64,000 bases of DNA, taken from Camelus dromedarius. Its lineage: Eukaryota. Location of the stretch: assembly GCF_036321535.1 (NCBI RefSeq), contig NC_087438.1:12526001-12590000 (forward strand), given 5' to 3'. Below, one piece after another: positions 52,487-64,000 of the stretch (positions are counted from its first letter, which is position 1; each line of letters starts with the position of its first letter). Position numbers and translations under genes: made by a program. The notes below the pieces were generated by a model. The model saw only the letters and a list, made by a program, of their open reading frames with translations, was not told the DNA's origin and made no database searches.

Positions 52487-52882
52487 CGTTATGGACTGAA
52501 TATTTGCGCCTCCGCCTCCCCCAATTCATATATCGCAGTCTTAACCCCACAGTGTGACTATATTTGGAGATGATGCCTTTAGGAGATAAGTAGGGTTAGA
52601 TGAGGTTATGAGTGTGGGGACTTTACTGTGGTATTAAAGCCCTTATAAGAAGAGACAGCTGAGCCTCTCCCCACCCCAGCTTTCCTTCTTTCTCTCTCCC
52701 TGACATATGAGGACACAGTAAGAAGGCAGGTGTCTGCAAGCCAGGAAGAGGGTCCTCCCAGAACCCATGCTGGCATCCGGATCTCAGACTCCCAGCCTCC
52801 GACACTGTGAGAAATAGATTTCTGTTGCTGGGTTCACCCCGTCTACGGTATTCTGTTATGACAGCCTGAGTAGACCAAGGCA
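52487..52882 (+). mobile_element. MaLR solo LTR (MLT1A-like) with 5-bp TSD
   Basis: (c)gttatggactgaat...gcccttataagaagaga...ctgtgagaaatagatttctgttg...gaccaaggca; TSD atggt/gtggt. Confidence 0.9.
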
Positions 52883-53409
52883 GTGGTGTTCGAGTAAGAC
52901 CCCCGAGATGAGGCTTTCGGGATGGATCGGAGTTAGGAGCAACGGCAAAATCCTTCAACTGCTGTGCCAGAAAGTGGCTGGGTGAAGGGGCTGCCCTGCT
53001 TCTTTAAATCCTAAATTGCTATGCTTGAGACTGAACTTGCAGCTGCAAGATGATGACGTTTACAGAATGATGCATCCTCGATGTCTTTTTCTGATCTCCA
53101 TGACGCACTATGAGCAAGTAAATAGTTATATCAAAGTCCTTGAATGCATCAGACTCATCAGACTGTCTTCACATATTTTCTTATTTTAAACCCAAATAAA
53201 TTGGTATCACTTATACATTCATTCGTTTGAGAAGATCTAAGTGCTTATTAAAAAAAAAGTGTCAGGCATGGCTCTCGATACTTGGGACACAGACATGCTG
53301 GCTTAAGTCTGTCCAGGCGGTTTGAACAAAGTACTGAAGGTTGGCAAATGATCAAGGATAGAATAGAAATGGATTTCACACTTTCAAATGACTAAAAAAG
53401 TGAACACTG

Positions 53410-53530
53410 TGTGAGGTAGTTTAGATAGAAATGAGCACTGGGCAGGGGGAGAGGAAGGGGAAGGGAAAAATCCAGAGCGCAAGGAACCCGAGCTGTCAAT
53501 CAACCAGCGCACAGGGAACTTGAGTTGTTG

Positions 53531-53575
<45 letters not shown>

Positions 53576-53845
53576 CCAATCAATCAATCAACCAACCAAC
53601 CAACCAATTAACCAATCAATCAATCAAGAAACCAGGCTATAAAAACAGGAGGAAGGCGGAAGCGGCGCCATTTTTCCTCTCTTGGCTTGGCCTGCTCCTA
53701 ATTCTCGGGAGTGTATTATTTTTTTTACTTCACTAATAAAACTCTTGCTTATATCACGCTTTTTGTCTCTCATCAAAAGTTCTTTTTTTTTTTTTTCAGG
53801 TGCCTGAGAACCAAGGTAATTCTTATTTTCCTTTTCCCGGTAACA
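53410..53845 (+). mobile_element. Complete 5' LTR of a class I ERV
   Basis: TG...CA ends (tgtgagg...ggtaaca), CCAAT boxes, TATAAAAA at 53638-53645, AATAAA at 53735-53740, followed by a PBS. Confidence 0.9.
53530..53626. repeat. (TCAA)n/(CCAA)n tetranucleotide array inside LTR U3
   Basis: About 24 units seen directly. Confidence 0.95.
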
Positions 53846-53852
53846 TTAATTT

Positions 53853-53870
53853 TGGTGCCGTGATTCGGAT
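53853..53870 (+). other. Retroviral primer-binding site, tRNA-His
   Basis: tggtgccgtgattcggat matches TGGTGCCGTGACTCGGAT (complement of the tRNA-His 3' end) at 17/18; starts 8 nt after the LTR end. Confidence 0.9.
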
Positions 53871-54276
53871 GGTGTGCTTAAACTTAATCTTTCCTCCTTC
53901 ATTTCCCTCTTCCTCCCCGAGGCCAGCCAGCAGAGCACAAGCTCCTGGGGCCGGTTGTGGCAGCTGGACTGAGACTACAAGGCGTGGTAGGGTGACCAGC
54001 CACTGGTAAACTAAAGAAGATCACTCCAGCCAGACCATGGAGACACCCAGCACACGGTAAGACTGTGGCCGTTCCCCTCTTTCTGAAGGGAGGCTGAGAC
54101 GTCAGCTTCCATCCCCGAATCAGGACCCTAGGACGCTGGGCGCTGCTGATGCACGGCTGCCCTCCAGGGTGCATTTGGTTGTGGACACAGGCTGAGACGT
54201 CAGCCTTGTCCACGGGCTTTTCATCTTAGGACGCTAAGCTCTGAAAACCCCCCTGTACCCTACCCTTGTGTTTCAG

Positions 54277-54797
54277 GTGGGAAACTAAGAGTCTATCCCT
54301 GCTGGGACTCCTTCGGGCTGCATATTGGCCAACTGGGACCGTTTTAATCTACAAACCCTTAAAAGAAAACACTTCTATTCTTTTGTAATGTTGCCTGGCC
54401 CCAATATCGACTTCCCTGTGAGGAAGCAAGGCCTACAGACGGGAGCATAAAGTCAACCATCTTGTTCCAGCTGGAGCTCTTGTGTAAGAGACAAGGCAAA
54501 CGGTCTAATACCACACATTCATGTCTTTCACTTACTGAGGGACAGCAGTGATCTCCTAGAAGGATGTCAGTTAACCACTCAGGTAACGGTTACATCTAAT
54601 AACCCACTGTCCCCGACTGACACCCCCTAGCGAGGGGGACTCTCCTAAACCAACGCCCTGCCCTGCTCTCTGCACCATATACCCCTTGTTTCCCTCATAC
54701 TCAGGAAAGACGCTGCCTTCAGCTCCTCCATTACCTCTGATAGCTAACACCTGCCCCCTGGTAGAAACAGGTGGAGAATTTGGTCCTCAATTCATGC
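54277..54797 (+). pseudogene. gag: Defective ERV gag (matrix, Pro-rich region, start of capsid)
   Basis: (V)GN*ESIPAGTPSGCILANWDRFNLQTLKRKH, frameshift, LFFCNVAWPQYRL...DGSIKSTILFQLELLCKRQGK, later PSAPP and CPLVETGGEFGP. Resembles HERV-W/ERV9/HERV-H-group Gag. Start reads GTG, stop at codon 4, frameshifts. Confidence 0.88.
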
Positions 54798-54809
54798 CTA
54801 AGCCCTCCT

Positions 54810-54877
54810 CTCTGGATTGCTCCTTTCCCCTTCCTCTCCCCCTGCCCTGTGCTCAGTTCTATCTAAACTACCTAACA
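54810..54877 (-). repeat. Inverted copy of the first 68 bp of the LTR at 53410
   Basis: Reverse complement aligns ungapped to 53410-53477 with 62/68 identities (manual count). Confidence 0.93.
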
Positions 54878-55090
54878 GCTATTTTGTGACATGTAAAAAT
54901 TATCTAAAATTCAGGTTTCAATGTCTGTTCCTAATTAGTTTCATTGGAACATGGCCAGGCCCACGCATTTACAGATTCTATCTGGCTGCTTTTGTACTGG
55001 AAGGGGCAGAATTAGGTAGTTACAACTGAAACCAAATGGCCCACGGAGCCTAAAAATATACTATCTGACCCATTGCAGAAAGAGTTTGCT

Positions 55091-55325
55091 GGTGGGGAGG
55101 GTTAAATTAGGACTAAATACATACTACTATATATAAAATAAACAACAAGGACCTACCGTATATAGTACAGGTAACTATATTCAATTTCTTATAACAACAT
55201 ATAATGGAAAAGAGTCTGAAAAGAAAATATATACCTGTATGTATGTGTGTAATTAAGTCACTTTGCTGCATACCTGAAACTAACGTTGTAAATCAACTAC
55301 ATTTCAGTAAAAAATTACTTTAAAA
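55091..55325 (+). mobile_element. 5'-truncated L1 inserted in the MER58 3' terminus
   Basis: L1 3' UTR; TSD aaagagtttgct (55079-55090) / aaagggtttgct (55326-55337). Confidence 0.9.
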
Positions 55326-56485
55326 AAAGGGTTTGCTCACCCCTCTCTAAATTCTTTGTTCCTTTATCCTCTTCTTCCATCTCCTCCACTCTCTGCCCTT
55401 CCCAGGTCTGAGGCCAGCTTGTGTCATTTAATGTCACTACTAGTCCCCTATCTGTGGGTCAGGGTCAAAGAGGCTGTTAACCTTTGTTCCAGCAGAATGT
55501 GCTGGGGATGAGGTGGGGAGGGGGGTCGGGGCGGAACACAGCAACCTTGATTTCCACATGCAAACTAGATTTACACGTCTCGGCTCCGGGAGCACATTAC
55601 TTTCATGTAGTTTGCATTCACATATTTGTTTCAGGATTGAAGGCATATATTTTCTTAGCATTTGATTGTATATCTGGTTTTAGCAAAAAAGGCTGTGGGG
55701 CAGAAGACCAGCTTGCTTCTGCTAGTTCTGTCCAGGACGCTTTGGCACGCACATGGGAGGTTATTGCAAATTGTGGAAACGAATGCTTGTGGATTAGGAA
55801 CAAGGCAGTTGTCATTCTAGATGAGATTATATGTCTGTCAAGTTCAGACTCTCACTTCCTGAGAAGGGTCCTCTCCTAATACTTCACGAGTTGAAGACAC
55901 ATAAGCAAGCCGCAAACTGAAGCAAGGAATATGAATGCTGTCGTACAGCCCGCGGCAAAACAAGGTGATTCGGTTCTTTCCCTCTGCCCAGCAGCCATCA
56001 GCCTCTTTCGCAGGCAGTCTGCTTATTTGCTTCATGCTAGCCTAATAACCACCGAAAGTGTGATTTCTGTTAAAATTAATCTTTTACATCACTTACTAAT
56101 GTGCTGCAGAAGCCGTCAGTGTTACACAGACAACTTAAGTGAACTACTTTTAAACAGGAAGAGGAAGATTTCATTTTGGTTTTAATATTACATTAACATA
56201 TGTGAGTTTCTGAGAATGACAAAATTTTACTTTACTTTTCCCTGGGGAGGTGTCAAGGAAGCCTCAACTCCTTCCAAGAATCCAGTTTTAAGCTGTGGTC
56301 TGTTCCATCGCCTCATTCTGTTCAATTTTAATAGGGCCAGCAGGGCTTTGAGTCAATGTAGTTGGGGAAAAGGGGTATGTGTGTGTTTGTGTGTGCGTGT
56401 GTCCGCTCGCGTGTATGCATACGCATCCTCTTATAAGGAGGTAAGGACTGGCTGAGTTCTAGACTCAGAACTAAAGAATGAAGGA

Positions 56486-56576
56486 ATATAACCATTAAAC
56501 ATTGTGAATCACTATGTTGTATGCCTGTAATTGACATAACATTGTACATCACCTATATCCCAATTAAAAAATAAAA
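56486..56576 (+). mobile_element. Very short L1 3' end with TSD
   Basis: tgaatcactatgttgtatgcctgtaa...caattaaaaaa; perfect 14-bp TSD taaagaatgaagga (56472-56485, 56577-56590). Confidence 0.85.
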
Positions 56577-56864
56577 TAAAGAATGAAGGAGAAGTATCAT
56601 GAAAATCTCAAATGACAACAAATAGGAAAGAATCTACATTTCAATAATTAGTAAAGTTTTATCTTAAGACAACCTAGTTCTGTTTCCCCATAAAGAAGAG
56701 CTTTCCAAAAGTACCCACTGAAAAGTTTGGAAACTGCATTTTTCTTCCCTGCTACCTGGGAGAAGACGAGGGCAGGGTCAGGTGAAGAGAAGAAGGGAAA
56801 GCATGGGGGAATTCTGGAAGGAGGGAAGGACTGGGAAGGACTCTTTGTTCTATTTATACAGATT

Positions 56865-57240
56865 ATTTTTTCTTGCAACTTTTATTATGAAAAATTTCAA
56901 GGTACAGAAGAGCAGAAAGAGTGGTTCAGTGAACAGGTCTATAACCACCCAGCCAGGCAAACAAATTGTTAACATTTTCCTATATTTGCTTATTCACCCA
57001 TCAGTGTATCCATCCATCCAACTATCCCTTGTCCCTCTATCTCTCCATCTCTGTCCATCCCTTCCCATTCCATGCATCCATCCATGCCTCCCTTCATCCA
57101 CCCATTGATCTGTTTTCCCATTTGTCTCTCTAGCACCCTTTAAAAATAAGTAGCAGATATCATCACCCTTGACTGATAAATACTATAGCATGCATTTTTT
57201 CAAAATAGGGATATTCTGCAGCATTAACAATAATCCCTTA
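56865..57240 (-). mobile_element. Ancient L1 (L1MC/ME-like) 3' end with degenerate (CCAT)n
   Basis: tttattatgaaaaatttcaa...gttaacattttcctatatttgct...taaatactatagcatgcattt. Confidence 0.55.
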
Positions 57241-60200
57241 ATATTATCAAGTATTCATGTTTATTGAGTTTTTATTTCAATTATTACACTTTTCACCTTG
57301 GGAAGTTCTATTTCTTTAAACTTGCCTCTTTCCAGCTTATATATTAAAGTTTCTTTTAAAATGTGTCCTTTAAAAACTATTAAATATAGTTATCTATATT
57401 GTGTCTAATAATTCTAATATCTGAAGTTTCATATGTCTCTTTCAGTTATTTGCTTTTTTTTTTTTTTTGGCTAATTTTTATTAAGATGCCTGTTCCTTGT
57501 GTGTTCCCTAAAGTTTAAATGAGAGCTGCCCATTTTCCTTGGAAGTTTATTAGTGGGAATTCTTTGAGGTCCGATTTGAACTTGAGACCCTCCAGAAGAT
57601 ATATCTTGTTTCCGCTTGTAACAAAAACCAAGACTGCTTTAATCCAATTCTCTGTTGAGAAGTTTCAGATCAGTGTACATGTAGACTGAAAACCCATATA
57701 AGGGCTGAACTACCACTATGAAATCCTAAAGGAGATTTCTTTTTCATTCATCCAACACCAGCTTTGAGATACAGCTGTAATTTTTGTCTTGTTTAATTTT
57801 AGGCTTGGTCTCCTTTTGTGTGTGATGTATTTCTTGTTTCCCTTTGAGGTCTCAGCTTTAGGTAAAGGTTTTCCTACTAGAGTCTAGCTTGGATGACCCT
57901 AGACTTTATTGTATCTCCAGGGTTCAGTGCAAACCTCCCAGAATGCAGCCAGTTTGGGACTGGCTTACTTTTCAAGCTTCCAGATTCCCCTTTTGGGGGG
58001 ATACTCTGAAGTATGCTGATCATACTTCCAGAAGGGGAGGGTCCCATAAATTCTTCACTGGGATCAGAGTTGAGAATATTCAGGGAAAAAGATGGCTGAC
58101 TTGTAGAGAAAGACAGTTTCAAGACATGACTCTAATTTCCTGTCTTGAAATAGTCTAGAATCATGATTGTATACAAACTTGTGTGCCAAGATTTACTATT
58201 TTATTGTCATAAAAATTAAATAACCATTGACTTCATCTGACCATGTACCAAATGCTCATTTTTTTTCCAGCAATGAAGGTTACACATTGTCCCAAAAGGG
58301 ATGCTTTGCCCATTCCAAACCAAGGAAACTAAATAATGACCTTATTAGTAACCAGAAGATATAGTTTCTGCTCTTGATCTTTAGAGCCAGAAAATGTTTC
58401 TTTAGACCCACAAAGAGGAGATTCCATGAGGGAAGTGAGGGATGAAGATGACTTTGAGGTTGTGATCTTTAGGATAGACTCTATAAAAAGCCAACTGTCC
58501 AGCATCTCTGACTCCTCAGAAGAAGGAATCCAAGGTCTACAAGTTGATTGTAATATTACTATTACTATTACTATTAACCAACCTGAAAATACAAAGCTGT
58601 TGGAAGGTGGAAAAATAAATCTGGCAGATCATTGTATTTATTATAAATTTGGAATTTTATTACCAGGTAATATTAAAAAAGTTGTCTTTATTATGGTTTT
58701 TTTAAATTTCAGTTTTCACTAGTGAACTCCAAACCTTTGAGGTTTTATGTATGCAATTAAGAAAATGGAATATTAGGACAGACTCCCAAGTATATTTCTT
58801 CCAGAGTGATTCCATAGTGACACTAGAAATACATGGATGGACAATTAGCTTTTTCTTTTCCCAAGATGTAGGAATTCCTGTGCCTGTTTTGGTCACTTGG
58901 CTGTAACTTCCATGGACTGACAGAACGTGTAGATATCAGGTTCCTGAAAATAACAGCCTTGCTTCTCTGAGAGTGGCTGAAGGCAGATGTCAACCACAAC
59001 ACAGTCAAGTTCAAATCACTGGATAAGAATTTTATGGATCTTTTAATTCTTACTTGAGTCCTCCTTACAAAATTCCTCAAGGATGGATGGAGAGGAAGTC
59101 CCCTTTCCAAAGTAAGATGATTGTATTTAGTATTTTAAAAAAGTTGATGACATGTCCTTCAGTACTTTCCTGAGCCTCTTCAATAAAAGTGAGAAGCAGT
59201 GAAGCAGGACTGGGTAGCAGATACTTTATGAACTGAATGAGATGGAACATCTCCCGCTCCTGGGCTTGCTCCAAAGTGCTCCGGGCCACACATCTAGCCA
59301 GAGAAACCCAGTGGAGCATTAGCTTATAAATTATCTTCGTGCACTTCATTTGAACTTGCCCTCTGGCCTGGTGTTGGAGAGTTTTTGGCACCAAGATTTA
59401 TAAACTCCTACATCACCAACAACCGTCTAGAAATTCTCCACTTTCTACTGTTCTCTTCCTTCTGTTCTCCTTGCTGCCATCTTGGTCTAGGCCCTCAATT
59501 CCAACCTGCCCTGGGCTCTTTATTGTTAGACTTCTGACCAGTGAGAATACCATCTCTCATCTCTCCGCACACCTGTCCACACCGTGTGTGGCGCTCTGTG
59601 AATTCCTCCAAAAGCTGCACCACTCAGGTTGCCCTGTGCTGAAAAACACTTAATGGCCCCCATGATGACTACACAGAAAACGTCCAAACTCCAAAATTTT
59701 TTTAAGGCCCTTCAGGATCTGGTCCTAAAATCCTCCTCCAACCTTACCTGCCTCTTGCAACTCACTACTAAGAACCCTCTGTCTTGGTTATTTTCATTTA
59801 TTGCCTGTAACTTGCTGTTCATATCACATTGTAAACATCAAAGCCAACAGAAATCATTAGTTTTGTAACGTGAAAACTTGGGGGAAAAGGTTAAGGGTAA
59901 ACACCAGTAGATGGAGCAAAGGTATTTAAAGATTTAATAGCTGTTATAACGCCATATAAACTTGGCACATTCTTCTTTATATTTAACTCTTTGGTCACAG
60001 TAGGTGGCTTAGACAGTGATGTGAACAAATCCGCCCCACCTGGAAGCAGCTGTCCACATTGTTCAGGAAGCTTTCTCTTCGTATGAATCCTTCCTCCCGC
60101 TTTCCTTCTCTGTGCCCTTCCTTTGAACTCTCCTCTTTGACATTTGTGATCAATAGTGCCTGCCGTCCCATGTTCCTGAATAATCGCCATCCTCAGAACA

Positions 60201-60699
60201 GCTGGGTGTATTTTGATGGATGTCCCTTTGTTCAGCGTGCAAACACAGCATCACTTTGGACATGATTTTCAAATGGATGAATATTCTGAGGGTTCATTAT
60301 GTGTGAGTGGTCTTGTCCATCACAGAATCCCCAGTCAATTTTGGCAGCTTCCCATAGTCACATGTTTATTATCCTGGAATTCAAGTTGTTCACTAATTCT
60401 AACCCCTAGATTCTTTTATTCTTAAAAATCTTGTGATCAGATCAATAATTTTATATTCAAATATTACCTGTTTATGTGATTTAAATCCTCGTCTTTTACT
60501 AAAATCTTTATTTTTGGTGGTATAGTCTCTCCTCCACATAAAAGACTAATACATTGCTTCATTTCATTATTTGTAAAGAAATAAATGCATATATATTGAG
60601 GAGGCACACTCATATTTTTAACATTAAAAGTTTGAAGACCATTTTCTTAAACCATTGATTTGACATTTGCCATGTCTCACGATGTGTGATTATCTTTTT

Positions 60700-61372
60700 T
60701 CAAACAGCTTTACTGGGGTATAACTTATATCCTATACATTTCCCTCATTTTAAGCATACAATTAAATGATTTTAGGTAAATTTGCAGAGTCATGAGACCA
60801 CCAGCCCAATCCAATTTTAGCACATTTCTATTATCTCAAAAAGATCCTGAGTGTCTCTCAGCAAGGACTCCCTGTTCCTACCTCCAGCCGCAGGCAACTA
60901 ATGATCTTTCTACAGATCTGCCTTTTCTAGACTTTGCGTATAAATGAAGTCATACGATATGTGGTCTTTTGTGACTGGCTTCTTTCACTTAGCATGTGTT
61001 TTTGAGGTTCATCCAGATTGTAGTTTGTATTAATACCTCATTCATTTATGTTGCAGAACAATACATATGGATATCTTGTACGAATATCCTACACTTTGCT
61101 TATCCATTTACCAGTTAATGGTCATTTGGATTGTTCCACTGTTGTGGCTCTTATGAGACAGAAGTGCTGCTACGAACATTCATGTGGTCATATGTTTTTA
61201 TTTCTCTTGGATAATTTCCTAAGAGGGAATTGCTGGGTCATATGGTAACTTCATGCTGAACTTTTAAAGAAGCAGCCAAACTGTTTTTCAAAGTGGCTGT
61301 GCTGTGTTACATCTCACCAGCAATGCGCGAGGATCCCAGTTTTTCCACATCCTCATCATCAACACTTGTTAT
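60700..61372 (-). mobile_element. L1MB-like 3' region
   Basis: cagctttactggggtataact...gtgactggcttctttcacttagcat...gaattgctgggtcatatggtaact...ttccacatcctc. Confidence 0.85.
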
Positions 61373-61384
61373 TTAAAAAAATTT

Positions 61385-62380
61385 TTTTGTATATGTATGT
61401 ATTTTTATTGAAGTATGATCAGTTTATAATGTTGAGTCAATTTTTGGTGTACAGCATAATGCTTCAGTCATACATGAACATACATATATTAGTTTTCATA
61501 TTCTTTTTCACTATAAATTACTGCAGTATATTGAATATAGTTCCCTGTGCTATATATACAGTATGAACTTGTTGTTTATCTATTCTACTTACATTAGTTA
61601 GTATCTGCAAATCTCCAACTCCCAATTATCCCTTCCCACCTGCTTCTGCCCTGGTAAGCATAAGTTTGTTTTCTATGTCTGTAAGTCTGTTTCTGTTTTG
61701 TAAATAAGTTCATTTATGTCTTTTTTTTTTTTTTTTTTTTTTAGATTCCACATGTAAGTGATATCATATGGTATTTTTCTTTCTTTCTTTGGCTTACTTC
61801 ACTTAGAATGACAATCTTTAGGTCCATCCATGTTGCTGCGAATGGTATTATTTTATTATTTTTTATGGCTGAGTAGTATTCTGTTGTATAAATATACCAC
61901 AACTTCTTTATCCAGTCATCTGTCGATGGACATTTAGGTTACTTCCATGTCTTGGCTATTGTAAATAGTGCTGCTATGAACATTGGGGTGCATGTAAATT
62001 TTTGAATTAAGGTTTCCTCTTGCTATATGCCCAAGTGTGGGATTCCTGGATCATATGGTAAGTCTATTTTCAGTCTTTGGAGGAATCTCCATAATGTTTT
62101 CCATAACAGCTGCACCATTCCCATCATCATCCCCTTTTCTCCACACCCTCTCCAGCATTTATTGTTTGTGGACTTTTGAATGATGGCCATTCTGACTGGT
62201 GTGAGGTGATACCTCATTGTAGTTTTGATTTGGATTTCTCTGATAGTTAGCAATATTGAAAAATTTTTTCATGTGCCTATTGGCCATTTGTATGTCTTCA
62301 TAGGAGAATTGCTTATTTAGGTCCTCTGCCCATTTTTGGATTGGGTTGTTTGTTTTTTTCTTACTAAGTTATATGAGGGT
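61385..62380 (-). mobile_element. Younger ~1-kb L1 3' fragment abutting the older L1
   Basis: Minus-strand translation [38 protein letters not shown] is the L1 ORF2 C-terminus; same 3' UTR type as 14436-15069. Confidence 0.93.
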
Positions 62381-64000
62381 CATTCACATAATGGTGGCCC
62401 AAACTGTCCAAACGGATAATGATTTCTTTGATTACATGGAAAAATAGTTTCATGTTTTATCTCAGAAATTTATAAACTCAAGTGCGCACAGTCGCCATGC
62501 TGGTAGCATACATGTGTAACTTGCGTTGACTTTAGGAAAATAGAGAGTAATGGAGACACCAAGCCTTACTTTAAAAAGACATCTAAGTTCATTAAGAATA
62601 ATCACTGTACAGGCCAAGGAAATTTATTTATCACTGGATTCGACCTGCAGAGATACCAGATTGACACCCATGTAGATGTATAACAGATCCTCCAGCACAG
62701 TGCCTAATTCTGAAGTCAGCCTACCTCTCAGGGTATGTTTCCTCACACTCTGATGCTATGAGGATCTTCTATGAGAGATTCCACAACCTTCAAATAAGTC
62801 TTCTTGTCTCAAGCTCTCCACAGCCTATTCAGCTGCAGCCAGAGGTATCTTTTTGAATGAGACCCTGCTGATGACACCAGCACCCTTCAAGCCCTTCAGA
62901 GACTCTTCCTTACTCTTTAGATCAACTTGAAATGCTCCAGCATAGCCCACTCACCAGGGGGACTGACCTGAGCTGCTTTCAACCATGCCAACGCCCAGCT
63001 CACATTCTCATCACTAGATATTTGCTCCCATGATTTCATCTTCCAGGGAGATTCCCTCATCCTGGGGCTTCCACCTTCAGCTTGCAATTCCCACTCATCC
63101 CTCTCAGCTCATATTTAATGCAGCCCCTCCTAGAACTCCCATAGGACCCCACATTGCTCTGATCAGAGCACATTTCACATTTGATTGTAATTTCCTCTTT
63201 CCTAGCTCAATTTCTCTGCTACTGAGGGCAAGGACTATTTGGAACTCATTCACTAGTGTATTTTCAGTGACCAGAGCTTTTGGTTGCATAGAAGAACCCA
63301 CCACAGACCGTTTGGTACTTCAAGTGAATTGATGTGTAAGAGGTCTCCAGCAGCAGCCTGGAGAATAACCCCACGTGATGGTGAAGAGTCAGTCAGCCAA
63401 GGAGAAAGGGTGTAATAAAACCCCCATATATCTGCAGGCAAAGTTGATATCTGATTTTTCACTCATGTTCTCCTCTGAGTTTGCTGCTTGAGAAACATCA
63501 TTTTTTCCCCGTAGTATCAGGTTTACTGTCACTGCTCAATGAAACGGTATCTGGAGACTGGAGATGAGAAACTCGATGGTGCAATTCCAAGCTGTGGAAT
63601 CTTCCACATATTATCTGATTGGTCTTCTCACTTCTCACTTTATGGCTGTGCCCTTGAGCAACTCACTTCCTTCTACAGAGTCCCTGGAGAATGCTAAGCA
63701 CTTACCTAACATACCTTTTTCTATGATATGCAAAGTGATGGTTACCAAATCATGGGCTTAATCTTTGCCTGAGGAGACTCAGGGCTGGGGGTGGTGGAGA
63801 TCTGTGAATGCCAAAAATATGACTTTAATTTCTCGCTTTGAAGGGTTTAGGTCGTCTGCAAACCTGTCGGGTCTTATACATTGGCTTAACTTTAATTTGG
63901 AAGAGGAAGTTATGCTTAGGGCTGAGGTGTTTAAAGTGACTTTTAAAAACTTGACTTTAAATGACATCTGACATCTGCATCCTGTCTTGACGTGATCTTG

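Larger units (their letters stand above)
53335..55345 (+). mobile_element. MER58B-like hAT-Charlie element split into three parts (53335-53405, 54882-55090, 55338-55345) by an ERV and an L1
   Basis: Left aggttggcaaa...aatggatttcacactttcaaatg; middle attttgtgacatgtaaaaattat...cattggaaca...tggcccacggagcctaaaaatatactatctg...agtttgct; end cacccct. Confidence 0.75.

Noticed and set aside
53530..53626. Repeat array as possible CRISPR-like structure
   Set aside because: Simple tetranucleotide microsatellite without spacers, in a mammalian LTR.
62950..62966. CTCF-like tcaccagggggactg (also partial matches near 2098 and 52045)
   Set aside because: Each misses key consensus positions; not supportable without ChIP or PWM scoring.

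Overview
Mammalian genomic DNA, probably camelid (inferred from a tRNA-derived SINE family and the L1 3' ends). The only supportable protein-coding feature is the last exon of BASP1 (+ strand): acceptor at 18748-18749, complete 223-aa CDS at 18759-19430, 3' UTR to about 20315. Positions 1-18749 are the distal part of its large intron. The rest is intergenic and rich in SINE, L1, L2, MIR, LTR and hAT relics, many with readable target-site duplications (TSDs). The most unusual object is a 1.47-kb class I endogenous retrovirus remnant (53410-54877). It has a full 5' LTR, a tRNA-His primer-binding site, a splice donor, four GACG-tetraloop hairpins and a dead gag start. It ends in an INVERTED copy of the first 68 bp of its own LTR, so both ends are U3 ends, and it sits inside an otherwise contiguous MER58-like transposon. 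Repeat family names come from recalled consensus sequences, not a database search. No prokaryote-type systems, rRNA, true tRNA or CRISPR arrays were seen.
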